Shown here: piece by piece, positions 54,380-63,712 of the stretch
Layout of the letters: every line of letters begins with the position of its first letter
Numbering within the stretch: the stretch's first letter is position 1
Assembly (NCBI GenBank): GCA_016936235.1
Contig: JAFGPK010000005.1
Coordinates: 2,133-66,132, forward strand
Direction of reading: 5' to 3'
Source: Candidatus Fermentibacteraceae bacterium
GTDB taxonomy: Bacteria; Fermentibacterota; Fermentibacteria; Fermentibacterales; JCC-6
DNA length: 64,000 nt
Notes under the pieces: model-generated
What the model was told of the DNA's origin: nothing
Databases searched by the model: none
Seen by the model: only the letters and a program-made list of their open reading frames with translations
Position numbers and translations under genes: made by a program

Positions 54380-57077
54380 GAAGCTCATTCTGCTGGTCGA
54401 CTGTCATGCGCTTCTGTACAGGGGGCATTTCGCCATGATGAGGAATCCGCTCCGCGCCGCCGACGGCACCAATACCAGCGGACTGTTCTTTCTGGTCAGG
54501 GAGATCCTCGACAGGAGGGAGTCCAGGAATCCTGACATTGTCGCCGCTGTCTTCGATCATCCCGGACCCACGTTCAGGGTGGGCTTGTATCCGGAATACA
54601 AGGCCAACAGACCCCCCATGCCCGAGGACCTCCGGAAACAGTCCGAATACGCTCTCAGGCTGATCCCCGCCCTGGGAGTACCGGTTCTGCGGAAGGAGGG
54701 CCTGGAGGCTGATGACATAATAGCGTGGCTGGCCCAGGAGGCGGGCTCGACGGGGAACAGGGCCGAGATCCTCTCTTCGGACAAGGACCTCCTTCAACTG
54801 GTATCGGAAAGGGTGACTGTGATAAGACCCGGCAGTCGTGAAGGTCAGGATGTGATTGCGGGGAAAGGGGACGTGGAGGGAATAATGGGCGTGAGGGCGG
54901 ACCAGGTGGCTGATTTCCTCGCACTCACGGGGGATTCCTCCGACAACATCCCCGGAGCGAGGGGCATCGGCAGGAAGACTGCCATCGGGCTCCTCAGGGA
55001 CCACGGCAGTCTCGAAGGGGTTTACTCGTCACTTGACCGGATCCCGCCTCAGGTCAGCAGGAAGCTGGAAGAGAGCAGGGAAATGGTGGAGCTCAGCAGA
55101 CGCCTGGTCACCCTTTGCCCCGCAAGGGATGCGGGGATAGGTCTCGAGGACCTCTCCATGAGTTATCCGGACGAACCTGCGGCTGTGGAGCTCCTGAGCT
55201 CCCTCGGCATGTCCAGCATTATCGACAGGCTCGGTCTGAGCCACGGTCCGGGTCCGGGCCGGGAGAAAGACCTGTTCGGATCCATACGGGAGGAGACGGC
55301 GGGAGCCCGGTGTTCCGTCAAAGTGGTCCGCTCCATTCCTGAATTGAAGGAAATGGAGCCCGGGCCGACCTACGAAGGACTCGTCGCCATAGATACCGAG
55401 ACGACCTCAAGGGACCCTTTCCAGGCCGATCCGGTAGGGCTTTCCATTGCGACTTCAGGCAGCAGCGCCTGGTATGCGCCGCTTTCCGGACCCGACGCGC
55501 TGGACCTTGAGCAGGCCATAGGGGTCCTGGGAGGAAAGCTCGCTGGTAAGAACCTCGTGGCGCAGAACGGGAAGTACGACATGCATGTGCTTGAGAACCT
55601 CGGACTGAGGATACCGGTCCTCTCCGGCGATCCCATGATAGCCGATTACCTGCTCCGCCCCGAGATCCAGTCGCATTCGCTTTCGAACCTTTCCGTAACA
55701 TGGCTCGGAAAGACGATGACGGAGTACGGGGAAGTGCTGGGGAACTCGGATACACTGATCGATGTGGCTACCGACAGGGTGGCGGATTACTGCGGGTGCG
55801 ACTCGGCGACCGCCCTTGAGCTGTCCGGTCTCCTGCTGGACAGGCTCAGTGAGGATCCCAGGCTTCTCTCCATCTACCGTGATGTGGAACTGCCACTGGT
55901 CAGGGTGATAGCCGACATGGAAGCCAGGGGCGTGGGACTGGATATACGATCGCTTCACGAGCTGGAATCCGAATTCTCCCTGGCGATAGCGGAGCTGGAG
56001 GAAAGGGCGGCCGGTACCGCAGGGTCCCGGCTCAACCTGAGCAGCCCGTCACAGGTGTCGCGGGTGCTTTTCGAACAACTCGGCCTTTCCCCGGTCAGAA
56101 AGACCTCCACGGGGATCAACTCATCCAGCATGGAAGTGCTGGAGAAGCTCAGAGGCCGGCACGAGTTCGTCGACACGGTGATCGAGCACAGAGAGCTTTC
56201 CAAACTGCTGAACACCTACGTCAGGAAACTGCCGGGATTCCTGTGCCCGCGGGACGGACTGATCCACACCAGCTTCAGCCAGACCGTGACGGCCACCGGC
56301 AGGCTGAGCTCCAGCAATCCGAACCTTCAGAACATTCCCATCAGGACGATCAGGGGACGCCAGGTGAGGAAGTGTTTCGTCCCCGGCAGGCAGGGGCATG
56401 TGTTCATAACCGCAGACTACTCGCAGATAGAGCTGAGGATACTGGCTCACTTCGCCGGGCCGGGCAACATGAGGAAGGCCTACGACAGGAACCTTGACAT
56501 ACACGGAAGGACGGCTGAGGCCGTTTTCGGTGATTCATCCCCGGAACACAGGAGGAAAGCCAAGGAGGTCAATTTCTCCATCCTCTACGGTATCAGTCCC
56601 TGGGGCCTGAGCAACAGGCTGAACATAGGCAGGGGAGAGGCGACGGAGATAATAGACCGTTACATCGAAACATACCCCGAAGTGGAATCCTATTTCAGAC
56701 AGTGCGTCGAATACGCGGAGAAGCATGGAGAGACAAGGACGATACTTGGAAGGAAAAGGGAGTTCAAGGGTATGGCGAAGGCGAAGGGCGCGATCCGGAG
56801 CTCAATGGAGAGAATGGCCGTGAACACCACGATCCAGGGTTCCGCCGCGGACATCATCAAGCTTGCCATGCTTCGCGTGCACGGGCGTCTGGCGGAAATG
56901 GCCGACGCCGGGCTGGTCCTCCAGGTTCACGATGAGCTCGTGGCCACAGCGCCGGCGGAGATGGCTGAAGACGTGGCGGAAATTATCAGGACGGAGATGG
57001 CTTCGGCATTCTCCCTTGAGGTGCCTCTGGTGGTGGACACCGGGATCGGGGAGAACTGGCTGGAGGCTCAGCACTGA
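54372..57077 (+). CDS. polA: DNA polymerase I
   Basis: 5'-3' exo (YKANR, EADD, GDSSDNIPG), 3'-5' exo (DTET, NGKYD), TATGRLSSSNPNLQNIP, DYSQIELR, QVHDEL. Confidence 0.98.
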   Translation: MSEKLILLVDCHALLYRGHFAMMRNPLRAADGTNTSGLFFLVREILDRRESRNPDIVAAVFDHPGPTFRVGLYPEYKANRPPMPEDLRKQSEYALRLIPALGVPVLRKEGLEADDIIAWLAQEAGSTGNRAEILSSDKDLLQLVSERVTVIRPGSREGQDVIAGKGDVEGIMGVRADQVADFLALTGDSSDNIPGARGIGRKTAIGLLRDHGSLEGVYSSLDRIPPQVSRKLEESREMVELSRRLVTLCPARDAGIGLEDLSMSYPDEPAAVELLSSLGMSSIIDRLGLSHGPGPGREKDLFGSIREETAGARCSVKVVRSIPELKEMEPGPTYEGLVAIDTETTSRDPFQADPVGLSIATSGSSAWYAPLSGPDALDLEQAIGVLGGKLAGKNLVAQNGKYDMHVLENLGLRIPVLSGDPMIADYLLRPEIQSHSLSNLSVTWLGKTMTEYGEVLGNSDTLIDVATDRVADYCGCDSATALELSGLLLDRLSEDPRLLSIYRDVELPLVRVIADMEARGVGLDIRSLHELESEFSLAIAELEERAAGTAGSRLNLSSPSQVSRVLFEQLGLSPVRKTSTGINSSSMEVLEKLRGRHEFVDTVIEHRELSKLLNTYVRKLPGFLCPRDGLIHTSFSQTVTATGRLSSSNPNLQNIPIRTIRGRQVRKCFVPGRQGHVFITADYSQIELRILAHFAGPGNMRKAYDRNLDIHGRTAEAVFGDSSPEHRRKAKEVNFSILYGISPWGLSNRLNIGRGEATEIIDRYIETYPEVESYFRQCVEYAEKHGETRTILGRKREFKGMAKAKGAIRSSMERMAVNTTIQGSAADIIKLAMLRVHGRLAEMADAGLVLQVHDELVATAPAEMAEDVAEIIRTEMASAFSLEVPLVVDTGIGENWLEAQH

Positions 57078-58414
57078 TGCTGTGCAGAGCCGCTCTGGCC
57101 GCGATACCGCTCCTGTTGATCCTGTCCTGCGGAAGGGGCGACGTCGAAGGAACTCCGGATCTCAACGTCGTACTCGTGATAATAGACACTCTCCGCGCCG
57201 ACCACATCGGGTACTGGGGATATGACAGGGGAACGACACCCTGCCTCGACAGTCTTGCGGCTGCGGGAACCGCCTGGATGGAAACCCAGGCTCAGAGTTC
57301 CTGGACCCTTCCCTCAGTCGCATCGATCCTCACCGGCCTGACCCCGAGAGAACACGGAGCCGGCTACGCCGGAGGAGAGCTCTTCGGACTGTCATCATCG
57401 ATCCGGACCCTTCAGGGCATTCTCCATTCCAGGGGCTGGAGATCGTGCGGGATATTCAATGTAATCTTCCTCAACGAGGATTTCGGTTTCCACAGGGGCT
57501 TCGACCATTTCGACTGCCGTGGTATCACCGAGAACAGCAGTACGAGAAGGGCCGGTGAGACGGTGGATACCGCGATCCAATGGCTGGAGGGCCTTGCGGA
57601 GGATGATAAGTTCCTTCTGGTGGTTCATTTCTACGATCCCCACATTCCATACGATCCGCCTCCACCCTATGACGTGATGTTCAGCGATGAGGGGGGCACC
57701 GGCGGAGCAGGGTACTCGGGGCTTGTGATGGATACGATACTCGCCGTGAACAGAGGCGAGGCGAGTCTGTCTCTTCATGGCCTGCGGATGATGACCGACC
57801 TGTACGACGGTGAGGTAGCCTATACGGACGGCCAGATAGGCAGGCTCTTCAATTACCTCACTGAGACCGGGCTCTCCGATAGATCCCTCGTTATAGTCAC
57901 AGCCGATCACGGTGAGGAATTCCTGGAGCACTCAGGGCTCGAACATGGAAGGACGCTCTACCAGGAAGTGCTGCATGTTCCGCTCATTCTCAGCGGTCCC
58001 GGCGTTCCCGCCGGCGCTATCAGGACTGAGCCCTGCGCACAGGTTGACATCCTGCCCACAGTCCTGTCCTATCTGGGGCTGGAAATCCCTGCCGGTCCTT
58101 CCGGAATCGATCTCCTCGGCGGCAGCGGCGCAGGCTCAAGGGACCTGCCGTCCAGCAACCTCATGTGGAGCGCTCCAGCTGCATCGGTCAGGAGGGACGA
58201 CCGGAAGATCATCTGGAAGGCGGAGGATGGCGGTACTGAATTCTACGATCTCTCAGAGGATCCCATGGAGCAGCATTCCATTGGCGTCAGCGGCAGCGCC
58301 ATGCTTCAGGCCGTGGAGTATTACTGGTCCACGCCGCCCCTGGCGGACCCTCCCGTTGTCTCCTTCGGCGATGCCGAGGACAATCAGCTCAGGGACCTTG
58401 GATACCTCCGATAG
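57077..58414 (+). CDS. sulfatase-family lipoprotein
   Basis: Lipobox LILSC; NVVL..IDTLRADH, WTLPSVASILTG, DPH.PY, YDGEV..TD, ADHGEEF, LRDLGY. Confidence 0.88.
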   Translation: MLCRAALAAIPLLLILSCGRGDVEGTPDLNVVLVIIDTLRADHIGYWGYDRGTTPCLDSLAAAGTAWMETQAQSSWTLPSVASILTGLTPREHGAGYAGGELFGLSSSIRTLQGILHSRGWRSCGIFNVIFLNEDFGFHRGFDHFDCRGITENSSTRRAGETVDTAIQWLEGLAEDDKFLLVVHFYDPHIPYDPPPPYDVMFSDEGGTGGAGYSGLVMDTILAVNRGEASLSLHGLRMMTDLYDGEVAYTDGQIGRLFNYLTETGLSDRSLVIVTADHGEEFLEHSGLEHGRTLYQEVLHVPLILSGPGVPAGAIRTEPCAQVDILPTVLSYLGLEIPAGPSGIDLLGGSGAGSRDLPSSNLMWSAPAASVRRDDRKIIWKAEDGGTEFYDLSEDPMEQHSIGVSGSAMLQAVEYYWSTPPLADPPVVSFGDAEDNQLRDLGYLR

Positions 58415-58424
58415 TGTTACAGAA

Positions 58425-58449
58425 GAATGGACGGATAAATCGTCCATTC
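58425..58449. terminator. hairpin between convergent genes
   Basis: Perfect 9-bp stem GAATGGACG/CGTCCATTC. Confidence 0.45.
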
Positions 58450-58458
58450 CGGGCATTC

Positions 58459-58917
58459 TCAGCCCATGGACCTTCGTCTCAGCAGCTCAGCCGCTACGAT
58501 GGCGGCAGTACTGGAAACATTGATGCATCTCCTCAGACCGGTCTGGGGGATCATTACATGAAGGTCCGCGATACGTGAAAGACCGGCGCTGAGCCCCATG
58601 GCCTCGTTGCCCAGCATGTAGGCGGCCGACAGGGGGAGATCGGCATCCCACAGGCTCGCCGCCTCAGCCGTGTTCTCCACGGCCACGAGTGTCCTTCCGC
58701 TTCCCCTGGCCCACAATGCGGCGTCGAGCGCATCCCGGAAGTATCTCCAGGGAACTTCGGCATGGGTTCCCCTGGATGTATGGGAAAGCTTCCTGTTCCC
58801 CGGCCTGCAGCAGATCCCCGTCAGGAAGACGGCCACGGGCCTGACAGCTTCCGCCGTTCGGAAGACGGAACCCACATTGAACGCGCTCCTGAGATTGTCG
58901 AGTATGAAGATGGGCAT
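58459..58917 (-). CDS. TrmH/SpoU-family RNA methyltransferase
   Basis: LDNLRSAFNVGSVFRT, GNEAMGL, IPQ.G..CINVS; start uncertain (58917 or upstream). Confidence 0.88.
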   Translation of the reverse strand: MPIFILDNLRSAFNVGSVFRTAEAVRPVAVFLTGICCRPGNRKLSHTSRGTHAEVPWRYFRDALDAALWARGSGRTLVAVENTAEAASLWDADLPLSAAYMLGNEAMGLSAGLSRIADLHVMIPQTGLRRCINVSSTAAIVAAELLRRRSMG

Positions 58918-58960
58918 TCCACTTGAACCATGGAGTGATTCGGGGTACACTCGAGTTGAG

Positions 58961-60259
58961 ATGGAATCCAAGAAGTATCCCTTTCTGCTGGTGGTCCTGT
59001 TCCTGACCGGATATTATACGCCTGCATCAACGGGATCCCAAATGTGGTGGGTACCCGCGATCGCCGCGGGTCTCGCAACGGTTTCCGCGGGTTTCGCGCG
59101 CACGGGCAGGGCCCTTCTATGCGCCGCCGCGATACTGGCGGGCATGTCCGCGGGCCATCGACCGGGCCCCGGGAATACCCGCACTGAACCCGCCGGGGGG
59201 GTATGGCGGGCGGGAGTGGAAACGAACACCGCCACGGGGGTCCTTCTGAGGGTAGAGGGGATGGGTACCCTCTGGGCATCCCGCAGGGACCTGGCACAGC
59301 GCTGCTCCAGGGGTGACTCGGTGGTCCTTGTCGGAAGTACGGACGGGGTTTTCCTGAATGTCTCCGCATTCAGGGTCCTGGAATCGTCCTCGCTTCCCGA
59401 CAGGGCTCGCAGAGCGCTGACAGACCTTATCATGAGCAGGATACCCTCGAGGGATACGGCTTCCCTTGTGGCCGCCCTGATAACCGGGGAAAGAGGACGT
59501 ATACCTCCCTCGGTGCGTGAAGCTTTCGGGAGTACAGGCACTTCGCATCTCCTTGCCCTGTCCGGACTGCACGTCGGAATACTGGCCGGAGCCGTTCTTG
59601 TTCTGACAAGGAAGACGGCGGGCAGCGGGTGGCCCGCTTTCATTTCAGTAACCCTGTTGTGCGGCGCCTATGTAATGATCTCCGGCGGAAGGGCCTCGAC
59701 TTTTCGGGCATGGGTGATGCTGATGACACTGCTCGGCCTATGGCAATTATCAGGTAGAATGCCTCATCTCCTCATAGTATGGTCAGTTGCGGTAACCATT
59801 ATGGTGGCGTTATCAGGTGGCGGCATTCTCGAGGACGTGGGGGCTCAGATGTCCTTCGCCGCCGTCCTCAGCCTGATCCTTCTGGGAAGCAGGATCGGAG
59901 GGAGGCGGGTCTGGCTGTTCTCCGCCGGATACGCCGGGCTGGTGGTGACCGTCTCCCTTGCTCCACTGGTGTCATCGGTCTATGGAGGGTTCAATCCTGT
60001 GGCACCCATTGCCACCGCGGTCTCCATTCCCCTTATGGTGCTGCTCATGATCCTGGGATCCATTACGCTCATGCTTCCCGTGATACCCGGGATATCCAAA
60101 CTGGCGGAATGGACTGCATACCTCTGGCTTGCTCTTCTGAGGGGGCTGGCGGTGGAAGAGGTGGCCTTCCGGGGCTGGATGACGGCCGTCTGGTTCTTCT
60201 GTCTGGCGGGGCTATGGCTCTTCGGAAGTAGAAGGGGGTACCTGCTCAGGTTCAGGTGA
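58961..60259 (+). CDS. comEC: ComEC/Rec2 competence-domain membrane protein (no beta-lactamase domain)
   Basis: ALITGER, F..TGTSHLLALSGLHV, S.FRA..M, G.QMSF.AV; start reassigned to ATG 58961. Confidence 0.8.
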   Translation: MESKKYPFLLVVLFLTGYYTPASTGSQMWWVPAIAAGLATVSAGFARTGRALLCAAAILAGMSAGHRPGPGNTRTEPAGGVWRAGVETNTATGVLLRVEGMGTLWASRRDLAQRCSRGDSVVLVGSTDGVFLNVSAFRVLESSSLPDRARRALTDLIMSRIPSRDTASLVAALITGERGRIPPSVREAFGSTGTSHLLALSGLHVGILAGAVLVLTRKTAGSGWPAFISVTLLCGAYVMISGGRASTFRAWVMLMTLLGLWQLSGRMPHLLIVWSVAVTIMVALSGGGILEDVGAQMSFAAVLSLILLGSRIGGRRVWLFSAGYAGLVVTVSLAPLVSSVYGGFNPVAPIATAVSIPLMVLLMILGSITLMLPVIPGISKLAEWTAYLWLALLRGLAVEEVAFRGWMTAVWFFCLAGLWLFGSRRGYLLRFR

Positions 60260-60976
60260 CGTGTCCCGGGCAGTGGGTTCCGACGCGAGGCTATCCTCCA
60301 TGACCTCGAATACGACCTGTATGTTGCCCTCGTTGTCCATGGCGTCTTCCAGGTTGTCCAGGCCGGTGGCCTGGACAGTCGCGCCAAGGGGAAGGTTCAG
60401 GATCAGTGTATCACCGGGAAGCATTCCGTAGGCCTCTCTGTAGTCCCATTGCGTCTTCACCACGAGTATGACGAGCCCGTCGTAACCCGAGAGAGCTTCG
60501 GCGGTGGAGACGGCCCTGTATACACCCGGAGCTATCTGAATGTTCCTGGCCCTCTCGAGGATGGAGAGATGGTATGCCGCCGATACCGTCACAGAAGGGA
60601 CCACATCCGGTATCACGGGCAGGAACCTGATGGTGTCCGTCACTGTGGGAGTGGTGATGATTATGGAAACGGAATCCTCCAGTCCCGGCGACGGCTGCCA
60701 GGTGACGCTCCTTCCCCCGGCGATCTTGCTCCCGGTCTCCAGGAAATCACCGTGTGAGCATTCCCATACCGCCTCGCTGCCATCCTCAAGGATGGTGGAG
60801 AAGGTCGTGGTCCGACCGCCCTCTAGGTTCATGGTGGCGACGATGTGAAGGGGATTCTCCTCCTGGCCCCTGCACTGCGAGGCCAGCCACAGCACCAGCA
60901 CACCGGCGGGCAGTACGAAGGGCAGCAGGAGACTGAGCATCCTGACGAACGATTTTCCGCGCGTATTCCTGTTCAT
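60212..60976 (-). CDS. hypothetical membrane-anchored protein
   Basis: N-terminal basic stretch and TM helix followed by a beta-rich domain; lies downstream of gmhB on the same strand. Confidence 0.6.
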   Translation of the reverse strand: MNRNTRGKSFVRMLSLLLPFVLPAGVLVLWLASQCRGQEENPLHIVATMNLEGGRTTTFSTILEDGSEAVWECSHGDFLETGSKIAGGRSVTWQPSPGLEDSVSIIITTPTVTDTIRFLPVIPDVVPSVTVSAAYHLSILERARNIQIAPGVYRAVSTAEALSGYDGLVILVVKTQWDYREAYGMLPGDTLILNLPLGATVQATGLDNLEDAMDNEGNIQVVFEVMEDSLASEPTARDTSPEPEQVPPSTSEEP

Positions 60977-61048
60977 GGCCGGAATATGATGATTAATCCT
61001 CCGGACAGGAACCCTGTTCCGCAGGAATCCAGGCCGGCCGGAAGGGGT

Positions 61049-61600
61049 TCAGCCGCTGTCCGAGATAATGATCTCCACAGCTTCCGATATGTCACCGGCC
61101 ACCCTCCATGGAGCTGGAAGCCCCCCGGACTCCATTATTCCGAGCTGGTCGCTTCCCCTGCCGGTGAGTACGAGTATGGTCTTCAGGCCCGCTCTTCTGC
61201 CGAGTTCCATGTCCGATTCCGCATCGCCTACGATGTAACCTCCGGCGGGGAGGTCGAGATCACTCCTGGCAGCGTCCACCATTCCGGTTTCGGGCTTTCT
61301 GCAGGCGCAGCCTTCATCAGGACGATGGGGGCAGTAGTAGATTCCCGACAGCGCTCCGCCCGCGTCCCTCACAAGCTCCGTGAGATGACTGTGGATATCC
61401 CTTACACAGGCCTCGGTGCAGTAATTCCTTCCTATGGCCGACTGATTGGTGATCACCACCACGGGATGCCCGGCACTGCAGAGCCTTACGATGGAAGCGA
61501 CGGCGCCGGGGAAGGGCTTCCACTCTTCGAGGGATTTCACGTAATCATCGCGGTCGCGGTTGATCACCCCGTCACGGTCAAGGAATACCGGAACTCTCAA
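61049..61600 (-). CDS. gmhB: D-glycero-D-manno-heptose 1,7-bisphosphate phosphatase
   Basis: FLDRDGVIN, ITNQS, CPH....C.CRKP, VGD..SD. Confidence 0.92.
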   Translation of the reverse strand: MRVPVFLDRDGVINRDRDDYVKSLEEWKPFPGAVASIVRLCSAGHPVVVITNQSAIGRNYCTEACVRDIHSHLTELVRDAGGALSGIYYCPHRPDEGCACRKPETGMVDAARSDLDLPAGGYIVGDAESDMELGRRAGLKTILVLTGRGSDQLGIMESGGLPAPWRVAGDISEAVEIIISDSG

Positions 61601-62544
61601 ATCCCCTGTTCCTCCAGCCTGTCCCTGTGGTAATCCACGAGGTCACGAAGGCCATCCTCGAATAGGATCTCCGGTTCCCATCCAAGGATTTCCCTTGCCC
61701 TGTCGCTGGAAAGGGCGATCTTCCGTATCTCCTCAGGGAGAGGGGGACCGAAGGATGGTGACAGGTCTGTGCCCGCGTATTCCCTTATGAGGCGGTCCAG
61801 CTCCAGTACGGACCTCCCGGTGCCGAAGCCCAGGTTGAATACCCTGCCGGATATTTCGCTCCTGGAAAGGTCCATGGCCATCCTGTTCGCTCTGGCTATG
61901 TCCCTGACATGGACGTAATCCCTCAGCTGCAGTCCGTCCCCGTTGATCACAGGCGGAGCACCCGTCAGGTAGGCAAGGGTGAATATGGCTGTGACGCCGG
62001 CTTCGCCGTAGGGGTTCTGTCTGGGTCCGTAAACGTTCGGATAGCGAAGCACGGTGTAGTCCAGACCGTAGAGGTACCTGTAGAGGAAGAGGTAGTGCTC
62101 CACCGTATGCTTGCTTATGCCGTAGTGACATATGGGATTAACGGGATGATCCTCGGTAACGGGAATGGACTCCGGCTCTCCGTAAACGGCTCCGCCTGTG
62201 GAGGCGTAAACCACCCTGCCCACTCCGCCCGCCCTTGAGGCCTCCAGCAGGTTGAGCGTTCCAAGGATGTTCACGTCGGCGTCGAACAGAGGTTCCCTGA
62301 CCGACCTCCTGACGTCCATCTGAGCAGCATGGTGACAGAGTATGTCGAACCCTCCGGAAGCCACCAGTCCGAAGGCGCTTTCGCTTCTGATGTCCATCTC
62401 ATGGAAAAAGATGCCCTCACCGACGTTCTCCCTTGAACCGGTGGAGAGGTCGTCCATTACATGGACCTCGTGACCGTTCTCTTCAAGGTGGTCGGCGATG
62501 TTGGAGCCTATGAAGCCGGCCCCTCCGGTAATGAGTACTTTCAT
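61597..62544 (-). CDS. NAD-dependent epimerase (UDP-glucose 4-epimerase-like)
   Basis: TGGAGFIG, ASTGGAVYG, YGISK, NVYGPRQ; start at ATG 62544 after GGAGG. Confidence 0.9.
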   Translation of the reverse strand: MKVLITGGAGFIGSNIADHLEENGHEVHVMDDLSTGSRENVGEGIFFHEMDIRSESAFGLVASGGFDILCHHAAQMDVRRSVREPLFDADVNILGTLNLLEASRAGGVGRVVYASTGGAVYGEPESIPVTEDHPVNPICHYGISKHTVEHYLFLYRYLYGLDYTVLRYPNVYGPRQNPYGEAGVTAIFTLAYLTGAPPVINGDGLQLRDYVHVRDIARANRMAMDLSRSEISGRVFNLGFGTGRSVLELDRLIREYAGTDLSPSFGPPLPEEIRKIALSSDRAREILGWEPEILFEDGLRDLVDYHRDRLEEQGI

Positions 62545-62649
62545 CGGTCCTCCGTTTTGTCTCTTGCGGGATACGGGATATCCCTGCCCTGTATCGCAAG
62601 TAATCATATATTAGCCGTGAACAGGTGTCATCGCACAATTACCTTTGAC

Positions 62650-62662
62650 TGACCGTCGGTCA
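62650..62662. promoter_or_regulatory. perfect palindrome, possible operator
   Basis: TGACCG-T-CGGTCA in the divergent epimerase/ddl intergenic region, immediately after TTGAC. Confidence 0.35.
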
Positions 62663-62695
62663 AGACCCCGCAGGGGGGCAACCTCGGGAGGAACG

Positions 62696-63712
62696 ATGAG
62701 AGTTCTTCTGCTTTTCGGAGGAAGGTCCGCCGAGCACGACGTATCGGTGGTATCGGTGGAATTCGTCCGTGATGTCATGCGGGAGACCGGCCAAGAGACA
62801 GTGATGATAGGGATCGGTACCGACGGCAGCTGGACCCTTGGTGAAGAGGTCCTCTCCATCAGGACGGGCAGACCCCGATGGACCCTGCTTGGCGGTAAGG
62901 GAGAAATCCCGTTCGATCTGGTCTTCCCGGTGCTGCACGGTCCCTTCGGCGAGGACGGAACGGTGCAGGGACTGTGCATGATGGCCGGGTGGCCCTTCGC
63001 CGGAGCGGGGGTCATGACCTCTTCAGTGGCCATGAACAAAGTTACGACGAAGGAACTCGCGGCTGCCCACGGAATACCCGTGGTGCCCTGGAAGGCTTTC
63101 ATGAGGCGGGATCCTCCTGACGCGACCTCGGTGGAGGAGATCGGCTACCCGCTGTTCGTCAAACCCGCAAGAATGGGCTCCAGCGTCGGGGTTTCCAGGG
63201 TGGAAAGCTCCGGGGCTCTTGAGAAGGCCGTCGAGCTGGCCTTCCGCTACGACAACCTGATCCTGGTGGAGAAGGGTATCGAGAGCGCAAGGGAAATAGA
63301 GGTCGCTCTGCTCTCGGAGGATGGACTGGTTTCCTCGTCGGTGCCGGGGGAGATAGAACCGGGGCTGGAGTGGTACGACTACACCGCGAAGTACGACTGC
63401 GCCGAATCCCGTCTCCTCATACCGGCGCCCATATCCGATACCCTTGGTTCAACCGTAAGACGATATGCGGAAAGATGCTTCAGCATTCTCGGGGGAAGCG
63501 GTTTCGCAAGGGCCGATTTCCTCCTCGACGGAGACGGTTCCGTCTACTTCAACGAGATAAACACTATTCCGGGTTTCACAGGGATAAGCATGTTCCCTAA
63601 ACTGTGGGAGGCCACCGGTGTCAGCTCCGCGGAGGTAATCGAGAGGATAGTCAGGGAGGCTCTCAGAAGGCACGCGGAGTCCTGCCGGAACTCAACGGAG
63701 GTTTCTTCATGA
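62696..63712 (+). CDS. ddl: D-alanine--D-alanine ligase
   Basis: GGRSAEHDVS, LHGPFGEDG, FVKP...GSSVG, omega loop YDYTAKY, NEINTIPG; RBS GGAGG. Confidence 0.95.
   Translation: MRVLLLFGGRSAEHDVSVVSVEFVRDVMRETGQETVMIGIGTDGSWTLGEEVLSIRTGRPRWTLLGGKGEIPFDLVFPVLHGPFGEDGTVQGLCMMAGWPFAGAGVMTSSVAMNKVTTKELAAAHGIPVVPWKAFMRRDPPDATSVEEIGYPLFVKPARMGSSVGVSRVESSGALEKAVELAFRYDNLILVEKGIESAREIEVALLSEDGLVSSSVPGEIEPGLEWYDYTAKYDCAESRLLIPAPISDTLGSTVRRYAERCFSILGGSGFARADFLLDGDGSVYFNEINTIPGFTGISMFPKLWEATGVSSAEVIERIVREALRRHAESCRNSTEVSS

Noticed and set aside
62696-63712. Van-type D-Ala-D-Lac ligase
   Set aside because: The omega loop has Tyr (YDYTAKY) and there are no vanH/vanX neighbours; the D-hydroxyacid dehydrogenase is 60 kb away.
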